NCBI GenBank assembly: GCA_035628995.1
Contig: DASPIR010000017.1
Coordinates: forward strand, 4,651 to 68,650
Origin: Clostridia bacterium
GTDB taxonomy: Bacteria; Bacillota; Clostridia; Lutisporales; Lutisporaceae
DNA: 64,000 nt
Reading direction: 5' to 3'
Position numbers and translations under genes: made by a program. The notes beneath the pieces are model-generated. The model did not search any database and was not told the DNA's origin. It saw only the letters and a list, made by a program, of their open reading frames with translations. How positions within the stretch are numbered: the first letter of the stretch is position 1; the number at the start of each line of letters is the position of its first letter. Of this stretch, positions 27,860 to 37,261 are shown in pieces.

Positions 27860-28902
27860 TGAGGAAGTATACTATTGCACTTATCCCAGGTGATGGTATT
27901 GGAGAAGAAGTAATTGCAGCGGCTAAAGAAGTTCTTGAGGTAGTACAGGCTAATTCGGGAGACTTCAAACTTGAATTTGAGGTGTATCCTGCAGGGCAGG
28001 AAACATATCAAAGGTTAGGCAAAGCATTGCCTCAAGAGACTCTAGATGGGATAAGGAACACCGATGCTGCTCTTATTGGTGCACTCAATGCTAATCCAGC
28101 GCCGGCACCAAGCCCGGTAGGACAAATGCGGAAAGAACTTGATTTATATGCAGATGTTCGTCCGGTGATGTCCTGGCCAGGGGTATGGAGTTTAAAGCCC
28201 GGTATTGATCTTATTTGTATACGAGAGAATACAGAAGGATTCCTTGCAGATCGCAACTTGCATATGGGTAACGGAGAGTTCATGCCTACGGAGGATGTTG
28301 TAATGTCAGTCAGAGTACTGACACGACAAGGCTCTGAAAGAATTGCCAAATATGCTTTTGAGCTTGCTCGTAAGCAAAATCGAAATAAGATTACAGTAAT
28401 ACACAAAGCTAATGTCCTTAGAAAGGGCTGTGGTTTCTTTCTCGAAATTGTAAGGGAAATAGCAAAAAGTTATCCGGATATAGAACTTACAGATGAATAT
28501 GTAGACAATACTGCGAACCAACTTATCTTATGCCCGGAGAAATATGACATAATACTTGCGACAAATTTATTTGGAGATATTATTTCCGATGAAGCTGCAG
28601 CACTAGTATCAAATCTGGTACCATCAGCGAACATAGGTAAGGACTGTGCCGTATTTTCACCGGTGAATCATGATGGGAGAATGAGTGAAGCAGGGAAAGA
28701 TATAGCGAACCCATTAGTTCACATAATCTGCGCTGCTATGATGCTCGAACATCTCGGGGAGAAGGAAGCAGGTCAGACTATCTATAAAGCTGTAAAATCA
28801 GTTCTCGCAGATGGTGTGTTAAAGCCTCGGGATTTAGGAGGGAATAGTAGTACCTCCCAAATAACATCGGCAATATGTCATAGAATAGCCGGAAATAATT
28901 AA
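27859..28902 (+). CDS. isocitrate/isopropylmalate dehydrogenase-family beta-decarboxylating dehydrogenase
   Basis: ..YTIALIPGDGIGEEV..NLFGDIISDEAA... Its start overlaps the previous stop (TAATG). Confidence 0.85.
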   Translation: MRKYTIALIPGDGIGEEVIAAAKEVLEVVQANSGDFKLEFEVYPAGQETYQRLGKALPQETLDGIRNTDAALIGALNANPAPAPSPVGQMRKELDLYADVRPVMSWPGVWSLKPGIDLICIRENTEGFLADRNLHMGNGEFMPTEDVVMSVRVLTRQGSERIAKYAFELARKQNRNKITVIHKANVLRKGCGFFLEIVREIAKSYPDIELTDEYVDNTANQLILCPEKYDIILATNLFGDIISDEAAALVSNLVPSANIGKDCAVFSPVNHDGRMSEAGKDIANPLVHIICAAMMLEHLGEKEAGQTIYKAVKSVLADGVLKPRDLGGNSSTSQITSAICHRIAGNN

Positions 28903-28915
28903 GGAGGAACCTGTA

Positions 28916-30193
28916 ATGGGAATGACTATCGTAGAGAAGATTTTGGCCAAAAATAGCGGACTTGCTGAGGTCCATCCTGGTGAAATTGTTGAAGCAAGAG
29001 TAGATACTGTAATGCTGCATGATATAGGGGCTCCCGGTGTTCAGAGACCTTTGAAGGAGCTTGGGATTGATAAGATTTCAGATAATGTTGAATGTGTAAT
29101 TATACCGGACCATTTTGTACCAGCGCCAACAGTGCAGGCTGCAGAAAATTTGAAAATAACCAGAAACTTCGCTGTTTCAATGGGAGTAAAAGATTTCTAT
29201 GATATAGGACGAGGCGGAGTCTGCCATCAAGTGATGGCAGAAAAGGGCCATGTGAGACCAGGGCAGATTATTGCAGCCCCTGACTCTCATGCTACGACAT
29301 ATGGAGCCTTCGGCGCTTTGGGAACAGGCTTTGGTGTAACTGATGTGGCAATAGCCTTAGGAACTGGACATCTATGGTTTATGGTTCCAGAAACTGCGAA
29401 AATCATTTTAAATGGTCAACTTGGAGAAGGCGTAAGTGCCAAGGATGTAATCCTATACATGCTAAAAGTATTTGGTGAAGCCAGGTTTATATACAAAGTT
29501 ATAGAATTAAGCGGAGCTATTATTGAAAATATGAGCATGGAAGGAAGAATGTGCATAGCAAACTTGGCTTATGAGCTAGGCGTAAAAACGTGTATTATCC
29601 CTCCTGATGATATAACAATAAATTACCTAAAGGAGCGCACGAATAAGGAATTCGAATCTATACTTCCAGATGCTGATGCTCGTTATTGTGAAGTTGTCGA
29701 ACTTAATTTGAGCAACCTCACTCCCATGGTGGCTGCACCTCACAGTCCATCAAACGGTAAAACTATAGCTGAAGTGGAAGGCACCAAGATACATCAGGCT
29801 TTCCTCGGTTCATGCACTAATGGAAGAATTGAGGATTTAAGAATAGCAGCAGCCCTCCTTGAAGGCAGGTCGGTACACCCTGATGTACGCATGATAGTAA
29901 CTCCAGCCTCTCAGGCAGTTCATTTGCAGGCTTTGAGAGAAGGAATCATAGAGGTGCTACTTAAAGCAGGAGCCTGTGTAACCAATTCTGGCTGTGGAGT
30001 ATGCCTTGGAGGACACTTGGGGGTCATTGCAGCTGATGAGGTATGCATATCATCCTCTAACCGTAATTTCCGGGGGAGGATGGGAAGTGTACATGGTTCC
30101 ATATATCTTGCCTCACCTGCTACAGTAGTTGCTTCTGCAATTATGGGAGAGATTACAGACCCAAGAGGTTTGGGGGTGAAGTTGCATGATTAG
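28916..30193 (+). CDS. aconitase-family dehydratase large subunit (LeuC/HacA-like)
   Basis: ..MTIVEKILAKN..DSHATTYGAFGA..LGSCTNGR..NRNFRGRMG... Confidence 0.85.
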   Translation: MGMTIVEKILAKNSGLAEVHPGEIVEARVDTVMLHDIGAPGVQRPLKELGIDKISDNVECVIIPDHFVPAPTVQAAENLKITRNFAVSMGVKDFYDIGRGGVCHQVMAEKGHVRPGQIIAAPDSHATTYGAFGALGTGFGVTDVAIALGTGHLWFMVPETAKIILNGQLGEGVSAKDVILYMLKVFGEARFIYKVIELSGAIIENMSMEGRMCIANLAYELGVKTCIIPPDDITINYLKERTNKEFESILPDADARYCEVVELNLSNLTPMVAAPHSPSNGKTIAEVEGTKIHQAFLGSCTNGRIEDLRIAAALLEGRSVHPDVRMIVTPASQAVHLQALREGIIEVLLKAGACVTNSGCGVCLGGHLGVIAADEVCISSSNRNFRGRMGSVHGSIYLASPATVVASAIMGEITDPRGLGVKLHD

Positions 30194-30674
30194 AGCTAAG
30201 GTTTGGAAATATGGCAAGAACATTGATACGGAAGAAATCTATCCGGCAAGGTATTTAGTTCATTTTGATCCTAAGGAAGTAGCTAAGCATGCTATGGAGG
30301 ATATCGATCCTCAATTCTCCCAGCGTGTTAAGCCTGGAGATATTATTGTAGCAGGAGATAATTTTGGATGTGGCTCCGCAAGAGAGCAGGCAGCCATGAC
30401 TCTGAAGTATGCAGAAGTAGGTGCAATAATAGCAGACTCTATCTCTAGAGCATTTTATAGGAATTGTGTAAATAACGGACTGCCCGTTCTTGCTATGGAA
30501 GGGATTTCAGAAAAAGTCAACGAGGGTGACGAGCTCGAGGTTGATTTAGAACAGGGAATTATCGTCAACCATACAACTGGAACGCAGTGGAAGACAAAAC
30601 CTGCTCCAAAGCTCATACTCGATATCATATCAATGGGTGGAGCTATAGCGTATTATAAAAAGAATTTGAAATGA
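30186..30674 (+). CDS. aconitase-family dehydratase small subunit (LeuD/HacB-like)
   Basis: ..GDNFGCGSAREQA... An 8-nt overlap with the large subunit. Confidence 0.85.
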   Translation: MIRAKVWKYGKNIDTEEIYPARYLVHFDPKEVAKHAMEDIDPQFSQRVKPGDIIVAGDNFGCGSAREQAAMTLKYAEVGAIIADSISRAFYRNCVNNGLPVLAMEGISEKVNEGDELEVDLEQGIIVNHTTGTQWKTKPAPKLILDIISMGGAIAYYKKNLK

Positions 30675-30720
30675 TGTCCTACATATATATTTGAACTTAT
30701 TTAGGAAAAGGAGGAGCCAA

Positions 30721-32148
30721 ATGCCTAAAAGCTTAAGAAGTTATCTGGAAACACTTCAGACATTGTGTCCTGAAGAAGTAGTTGAGGTAAAGAAAGAAGT
30801 AGTTCCTAAGTTTGAAGCTACTACATTTTTAAGGAAATTAGAGTTGGAAGGCCGTTCACCTATGGCAGTCTTTCCACATGTACAGAACCTATATGGGGAA
30901 AAATCCGAGGTGGCATTGGGATTCAATGCTTTTGCTAGTCGAAAGAAACTTGCGGTGGCACTTGATCTTAAGCCCGAGCAGTACAAGATGGAGCCTGTAC
31001 TAGAATTGGCAAAACGTTATCGCAATCAAGGGATAGTTGAAGTAATAAAGCCTGAGGATGCTCCTGTAAAAGAAGTTATAAAGAAGGGTGAAGAAGTGGA
31101 TTTATATAAGCTTCCTATCCCCACTCATCACTCAAAGGATGGCGGTCCATATATATTAGGCGCGTCCACTGCTATGAGAAATCCAGAAACAGGGGTATAT
31201 AACCTTGCTATGCTTAGACTTCATGTTAAAAGTAAAAATAGAACTACTATACATGCCGAGCTTAACCATCATTCCGGTATGATTATAAGTTCAAATCGTG
31301 AGGCAGGAAAAGAGACTCCTATAGCTATTGTAGTAGGACATCACCCTACTTTCTATCTAGGCAGCCAATGGGAAGGCCCTTATGGAAGAGATGAATACGA
31401 AATTGCCAGTGCGGCTATGGGTGAAACATTAAGAGTAGTTCCTTCAGAAACATGGGGTGAAGACTTCATGGTTCCTGCGGATGCTGAGATGATAATTGAA
31501 GGTGTTGTTTCATCTGATGAAGTTGATGAGGAAGGACCCGTAGGAGAACATACACGCTATTATAAGACAATACGTGGGGGCAAAATAGATAAAAGGCTTG
31601 ACCCGGTGGTAAAGATTACTGCTATTACTTATAGAAAAAATGCAATATATTTATCAAATAATATGGCGCATTCAGACCAAGGCTTCATAGGCTCACTACC
31701 CAAGGAAGCGGTAATCTATGAAAGAGCAAAGGGCTGCTGCCCAGGCGTAACTGCCGTATACCTAACACCAGGCGGAGTGTGCCGCTATATTTGCTATATA
31801 TCGCTTAAACAGCGTGTTGCTGGTGAGGCAAAGGATGCAATAATGGCTTCCTTCATCAGTGATTGGCATATAAAGTTTGCTGTTGCTGTTGATGAAGATG
31901 TAGATATATTCAGTGATCAGGAAGTTCTCTGGGCTATTGCCACAAGAACCCAACCCCACCGCAGATTTTTCATAATTCCTGAGGCTATGGGGGCTAGCTT
32001 GGATCCGACAGTAAGTATGGAATCATCAAAACCCGTGACTTCGAAGATGGGGATTGACGCAACGAAACCGTATGGCGAGCCTTTTTCAGAAGTATGTGAA
32101 GTTCCGCTTGATCTGCTTCAACAGATTCGCCTTGAAGATTATATTTAA
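30721..32148 (+). CDS. UbiD-family (prFMN-dependent) decarboxylase
   Basis: 475 aa with the typical UbiD N-terminus (..LRSYLETL..EEVVEVKKEV..) and length. ATG at 30721 follows GGAGGAG. Confidence 0.8.
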   Translation: MPKSLRSYLETLQTLCPEEVVEVKKEVVPKFEATTFLRKLELEGRSPMAVFPHVQNLYGEKSEVALGFNAFASRKKLAVALDLKPEQYKMEPVLELAKRYRNQGIVEVIKPEDAPVKEVIKKGEEVDLYKLPIPTHHSKDGGPYILGASTAMRNPETGVYNLAMLRLHVKSKNRTTIHAELNHHSGMIISSNREAGKETPIAIVVGHHPTFYLGSQWEGPYGRDEYEIASAAMGETLRVVPSETWGEDFMVPADAEMIIEGVVSSDEVDEEGPVGEHTRYYKTIRGGKIDKRLDPVVKITAITYRKNAIYLSNNMAHSDQGFIGSLPKEAVIYERAKGCCPGVTAVYLTPGGVCRYICYISLKQRVAGEAKDAIMASFISDWHIKFAVAVDEDVDIFSDQEVLWAIATRTQPHRRFFIIPEAMGASLDPTVSMESSKPVTSKMGIDATKPYGEPFSEVCEVPLDLLQQIRLEDYI

Positions 32149-32237
32149 GCTCAAAACGGTGAAAGAAAGGAGGAGGGAAAACTACTGGCGGGTTATATCT
32201 AAATAGAAATAAATGAATTTAAGGGAGGTCAAAATTG

Positions 32238-33269
32238 ATGAAACTTAACAAGAAAAAAATTGCGCTTGTTACACTGTTTGTCTTTTTATTAGGCTCTATT
32301 TCATTAGTAGGTTGTGCACCTAAACCAGCTGTTGAGGGAACCGCACCAGCTGTGGAGAAAACTGCAAGTTCAGACTACCCATCCCGACCAGTAACTATGC
32401 TTATCCCTCATAAAGCAGGCAGCAGTACTGACATTATGGCTCGTGCTTTACAACCGTATCTTCAGAAGTATCTTGGTGAAAAAGCATCTGTCGTTATAGA
32501 AAATGAAGGCGGTGGCGGAGGTAATGCTGCTCATGTGAAAACTTACAAAGCAGCTCCGGATGGATATACTATTGAAATGTCCGCATTCCCTTCTGTTACA
32601 CTTGGCGAGCTTGTTAAGGGTGGAGAGTTTAAAGCTTTGGAATATACATACTTGCATACTGTAACCGGTGGTGATTATAACGGTATTTTCGTAAAGTATG
32701 ATTCTCCATACAACGATATTAAGAGCTTAGTAGAAGCAGCAAAAACCAAAAAGATTACAATGTCAGGCTCAGGAATTGGCACAAATGGTCATATGGCTAT
32801 GAAACTATTGGAAAAGTCATCAGGTACTATATTTGAATATGTATCTTATGACGGCGGAACAGAAGCAGCTGTAGCTGTGGCTGGCGGACACACTGTAAGC
32901 GGTGTAGGAAATATCGTATCTCTAAAACAAATGGTAGACGAAAAGAAAATTAAAATATTGGCTGTTATTGGTGCGAATAGACATCCAAATTATCCGGATG
33001 TTCCAACTGCTGTTGAAGCAGGATATACAGATGCAGCCATGGATGTTTGCGTTGGCGTATACGCACCTCCAAGCCTGCCTGCTGATATAGCAAAGGCGTT
33101 GGAAGATGCTTTAAGCAAGGCTGTAAACGATCCTGAATTTAAGGCACAAGCTGAAAAGTTAGGTTCAAGTATTGTACCGCTAGGCTCAGCAGAGTTTAAA
33201 AAATTAGCTGAAAACATCTATAATCAAGCAAATATGGTAAAAGACGATCTTAAGGAAACTACGAAATAA
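32238..33269 (+). CDS. tctC: tripartite tricarboxylate transporter substrate-binding lipoprotein (Bug/TctC family)
   Basis: Lipobox ..SLVGCAP.. and ..YPSRPVTMLIPHKAGSSTD... Confidence 0.85.
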   Translation: MKLNKKKIALVTLFVFLLGSISLVGCAPKPAVEGTAPAVEKTASSDYPSRPVTMLIPHKAGSSTDIMARALQPYLQKYLGEKASVVIENEGGGGGNAAHVKTYKAAPDGYTIEMSAFPSVTLGELVKGGEFKALEYTYLHTVTGGDYNGIFVKYDSPYNDIKSLVEAAKTKKITMSGSGIGTNGHMAMKLLEKSSGTIFEYVSYDGGTEAAVAVAGGHTVSGVGNIVSLKQMVDEKKIKILAVIGANRHPNYPDVPTAVEAGYTDAAMDVCVGVYAPPSLPADIAKALEDALSKAVNDPEFKAQAEKLGSSIVPLGSAEFKKLAENIYNQANMVKDDLKETTK

Positions 33270-33354
33270 GCTTCATGAATGTTGTTAGGAGAAAGAGGTA
33301 TTACTCCTCTTTCTCCTATTCTGGCAATGGAAGCTTTATATAAGGGGGTATACT

Positions 33355-33834
33355 ATGAATATCACATCCCATGCAAATCGAAAGAAACTAGTAGACAGAT
33401 TATTCACAATAGCAATTATCGTTCTCTTTACTATCGTTATTGTGATGACATTTTCATTATCCGAGACAGCGGGGAGTGTACCAAGACTAATCAGTATAAT
33501 TGGAATTGTACTATCTGTCATTACGCTAGTTAAAGACTTTAAACAAAATGATGGTAAACCAAAAAATAATGATGCTGCTTCGGATGAAAATCAGGGAATG
33601 TCTTTTATAAAGTGCTTTGGCTTGTTGATAGCATATTTAGCAGCAATGGTTGTATTGGGATTCGCTATATCCACCTGCCTAATGTTATTTTTTATACCGA
33701 TATTCCTGAAATACAGAAACCTTAAAATCAATATAATCTTCTCTGTTATAACAACAGCAGTTCTTTACTTTAGCTTCACATACTTATTCTACGTTCGCTT
33801 GCCGGTCGGTATTCTGTTCGAGTTATTTTTATAG
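33355..33834 (+). CDS. tctB: tripartite tricarboxylate transporter small membrane subunit (TctB family)
   Basis: 159 aa, 4 TM, positioned between tctC and tctA. Confidence 0.7.
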   Translation: MNITSHANRKKLVDRLFTIAIIVLFTIVIVMTFSLSETAGSVPRLISIIGIVLSVITLVKDFKQNDGKPKNNDAASDENQGMSFIKCFGLLIAYLAAMVVLGFAISTCLMLFFIPIFLKYRNLKINIIFSVITTAVLYFSFTYLFYVRLPVGILFELFL

Positions 33835-33846
33835 GGTGGTGAGATT

Positions 33847-35337
33847 ATGGAAAACATGATGTCTGCAATAACTAATATATTCTCTGTGACTAATGTGTTG
33901 TATTTGATTATCGGATCAGTAATTGGACTTGTCATTGGTGTGTTGCCTGGGTTGGGTCCGGTTTTTGGCACAGCTTTAGTATTACCATTTACTTTTGGTA
34001 TGAGTGCTGATTCAGCGTTAATTCTCCTGAGTGCAGTTTATGCATGTACTGCATATGGAGATGGTATTACTTCAATCCTCTTAAATGTGCCCGGTGGACC
34101 GGGAGGAGTGGCTCTTACATTTGACGGATATCCTCTTACACGTAAGGGTAGAGCGGCTGAAGCCCTGGGAGCTCTGGTTGGCTCATCCTTCATTGGCGGG
34201 TTAATAGGGGTTCTTGCATTAATATTTATTGCACCTCCTATGGCAGAGTTCTCATTAAAGATTGGGCCGGCTGAATATTTTATGCTTGCTATGTTTGGTT
34301 TATCAATGGTAGCTGTAGCCGGAAAGGGTGATACGGCAAAAGGACTCATTCTCGGCTGTTTGGGTTTGCTCTTTTCCTTTGTAGGGATGGATGTAATTAC
34401 AGGAGCAGAAAGGTTCACTTTCGGCAGTAATTTCTTAGAAGACGGGATATCGACTGTAAGTGCCACAATAGGACTGTTTGCCCTTTCTCAAGTGTTTATA
34501 CTTGCAGAAGAAGGCGGCACAATAGCAGGTGAATTTACTCTGGCAACTAAGCCCTGGAAAGGAATTAGTGCTACATTAAAGTACTGGTATGTTACATTAC
34601 GCTCATCTATACTCGGGGTTTGCATAGGCATGGTACCAGGAATAGGAATATCTACGGCTAGTATGTTGTCTTACGTAGCTGAGAAGAGGATGGCAAAAGA
34701 TCCTGAGACTTATGGAGAGGGTAATATTAGAGGTATTATTGCTCCTCAGGCAGCTTCAAATGCTTGTACAAGTGGAGAACTTATTCCTGCTTTCGCACTG
34801 GGAATACCGGGAGGTGCTACAGCTGCTATATTTTTGGCTGCAATGACCTTACATGGTCTCAGACCTGGTCTTAGTTTCTTTACATCAGGTGGTGTGTTGG
34901 TTGATACAGTTTTTCTGGGAATGATTTTGGCACAATTTGTTATTTTGTTTTTTGGATTAACAGCTACACCGCTATTGGCAAAAATCACAAAAGTTCCAAA
35001 TGCAATCTTAGTGCCAATAATTGTAGCTCTTTGTTTTGTAGGGGCATTCGCAGTAAATAATAATATTGAAGATGTGGTTGTTGCTATGGTTTTTGGAGTT
35101 ATAGGATATGTACTGTTCAAGAATAAATGGCCTGTACAGTGCCTAGTTCTTGGCTTGGTACTGGGTGAGATCGCTGAGAGCAACTTCCACCGTGCACTGC
35201 AAATCTCAGACGGATCATACGGCATATTTGTGCAGAAACCCATTTCTCTGATTTTATTTATTGCAATTATTGCAATTTTAGTGTGGACTTATTGTGGGGG
35301 CATAATTAAAGCAAAAATGCAAAATGCAAAAGCTTAA
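33847..35337 (+). CDS. tctA: tripartite tricarboxylate transporter large membrane subunit (TctA family)
   Basis: 496 aa polytopic protein (..GVLPGLGP..LNVPGGPG..GMVPGIG..). Confidence 0.85.
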   Translation: MENMMSAITNIFSVTNVLYLIIGSVIGLVIGVLPGLGPVFGTALVLPFTFGMSADSALILLSAVYACTAYGDGITSILLNVPGGPGGVALTFDGYPLTRKGRAAEALGALVGSSFIGGLIGVLALIFIAPPMAEFSLKIGPAEYFMLAMFGLSMVAVAGKGDTAKGLILGCLGLLFSFVGMDVITGAERFTFGSNFLEDGISTVSATIGLFALSQVFILAEEGGTIAGEFTLATKPWKGISATLKYWYVTLRSSILGVCIGMVPGIGISTASMLSYVAEKRMAKDPETYGEGNIRGIIAPQAASNACTSGELIPAFALGIPGGATAAIFLAAMTLHGLRPGLSFFTSGGVLVDTVFLGMILAQFVILFFGLTATPLLAKITKVPNAILVPIIVALCFVGAFAVNNNIEDVVVAMVFGVIGYVLFKNKWPVQCLVLGLVLGEIAESNFHRALQISDGSYGIFVQKPISLILFIAIIAILVWTYCGGIIKAKMQNAKA

Positions 35338-35407
35338 AGTGTATAATGACAGAATTAAAGGTGATGTATATTGGGGTAATGCTTCAAGCCCCACTTACAC
35401 CACCATT

Positions 35408-36544
35408 CTATTTTTTTATCTGAAAACAGTTGACTTCACTAATTATATGCTGTAGGTTTTGAAAATCGGTACGCTGAATTTGAAATAAAAAGGATTCTCG
35501 TTGTTTCGGTATTTGGAGCTTTCCATTCACTATTCGAGGGTTACCTTTTAAAGTACTTTCAGACGGTATTTGTATGAGTTCAACATTGCCTTTATCTTTC
35601 AAAGTGTCGAGAATCTTGTCTCCTTTTTCGTTATTGCTTAAAATCAACGATACACCAAGATCATTTTTGTATTCCTTTGGTACACCCCAATAATCTGCAA
35701 GTGTTAGGTCTCCCTGCCTGGGCATACTGCAAAAGGAACAACTGTAGCAGGCATCATTTAAATATAAATCGCTAAGGAATCCAACTAAGAAGGGGTCTTG
35801 TCGAAAAGTATCTGAATAACTGCTTCCATCAGTAAAATCAATTGATATTCGGAATTTGGACCAGCCGTTTTCTTTATTGCGAAAGTTAATAGATTTAGCG
35901 GTACGTGAGTTACTTACATATTCCAGATATCTATGAAAAACGATGATGGAAGGTGTGCCGTGACAAACAAGATCGATGGTTATGAGATTTTCACTATCGA
36001 CAAATTTATGGAGGGCTGCTACCTGACAAGGTAAACCGGAAAACAAAACAGTCCTACCGTTTCTGACCATTTGAGAAATTTCCTTATAAGTTAACCCAAT
36101 ATTACTTTGGAGATATTTAGAGCCCTGGAATGGCAGCAATTCCTGCTTGGATTCTGCTTTTGCATGACAAAGAGTCCAGTCGGATTTCCATCTTACTCCA
36201 TATACAATGCCGCTCCAGTCTAAAATAGTATTTGCTATCTCAGTAAAGATTCCACCGGAGGAGCTATTTTTTCGTAAAGCATTATTTTTCGACCAGGCAG
36301 CATAAGACAGAATATTAGCTTCAGTTCTATTTATAGGAGAAGCGGATGTATTTCCAAGTGTCGGGCATTTTATGGAACATAGACCGCAATTATTGCAACG
36401 GCTTGTAACTATTTCTGGTCTATAAAAACCATATGGCGATAATTTCATTTTTATGGCATTGTTAGGACATGCATTGTAACAGGCGAAACAACCTGTGCAC
36501 TTATCATATGGTAACATGGCCACGGTGTTATTATTAAGATGCAT
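35408..36544 (-). CDS. FrhB-family (coenzyme F420 hydrogenase/dehydrogenase beta-like) flavo-iron-sulfur protein
   Basis: N-terminal CTGCFACYNACP and CNNCGLCSIKCP, then the ..SSSGGIFTEIA.. FrhB-type flavin-binding region. Confidence 0.7.
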   Translation of the reverse strand: MHLNNNTVAMLPYDKCTGCFACYNACPNNAIKMKLSPYGFYRPEIVTSRCNNCGLCSIKCPTLGNTSASPINRTEANILSYAAWSKNNALRKNSSSGGIFTEIANTILDWSGIVYGVRWKSDWTLCHAKAESKQELLPFQGSKYLQSNIGLTYKEISQMVRNGRTVLFSGLPCQVAALHKFVDSENLITIDLVCHGTPSIIVFHRYLEYVSNSRTAKSINFRNKENGWSKFRISIDFTDGSSYSDTFRQDPFLVGFLSDLYLNDACYSCSFCSMPRQGDLTLADYWGVPKEYKNDLGVSLILSNNEKGDKILDTLKDKGNVELIQIPSESTLKGNPRIVNGKLQIPKQRESFLFQIQRTDFQNLQHIISEVNCFQIKK

Positions 36545-36695
36545 ATCAGTACCTCACTAGTATAGTTGTAATATGTATATTTTAACATGTTTTGCTGCTT
36601 GAACAATAGTATATAGGATAAGTTCTGCACAGGCTATGATATACTTGAGAAAGTATATATGAATTATTCGTAGCAGTTTTTGTTCGTAGAAAGGA

Positions 36696-37259
36696 GTGTC
36701 AGGTTTGAAAATCATAGTAGGAATAAGTGGTGCTTCAGGTGCCATATATGGAATAAGGCTACTGGAGGAATTGAAAAAAAGAAAGATTGAAACCCATTTA
36801 ATAATGAGTAAGTGGGGTGCAGTAACTATTACTAAGGAAACCGATTTTTCAGTGGAATGGGTAAAGTCCCTTGCTGATAAAGTATATGGAGAAGACGATG
36901 TGAGCGCAGCAATATCCAGTGGCTCTTTTCAAACTAACGGAATGATTATAGCTCCTTGCAGCATGAAGACTCTGAGTGGAATTGCTAATGGGTATGCAGA
37001 GGATCTGTTGATCAGGGCAGCTGACGTTTGTATAAAGGAAAGGCGAAAACTTATTCTAGTAGCTAGGGAAACACCTCTAAATTCTATACATCTAGAAAAT
37101 ATGTTGAAGCTCTCGCGAATTGGAGTTGAAATTATGCCTCCGGTTCCAGCTTTCTATTCACGCCCTCAAACCCTTGATGATATTGTTAACCATACAGTAG
37201 GCCGAATCATGGATCATATCGGTATAGAAAACCAACTCTTTACAAGGTGGGAGGGGTAG
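36696..37259 (+). CDS. ubiX: flavin prenyltransferase UbiX
   Basis: ..KIIVGISGASGAIYGIRLLE..IAPCSMKTLSGIANGYA... The start may instead be the in-frame TTG at 36705. Confidence 0.9.
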   Translation: MSGLKIIVGISGASGAIYGIRLLEELKKRKIETHLIMSKWGAVTITKETDFSVEWVKSLADKVYGEDDVSAAISSGSFQTNGMIIAPCSMKTLSGIANGYAEDLLIRAADVCIKERRKLILVARETPLNSIHLENMLKLSRIGVEIMPPVPAFYSRPQTLDDIVNHTVGRIMDHIGIENQLFTRWEG

Positions 37260-37261
37260 TG

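Noticed and set aside
34038-35243. Minus-strand ORFs of 142 and 165 aa
   Set aside because: They are antisense to tctA. Their Pro/Ala-rich sequences mirror Gly-rich TM segments.
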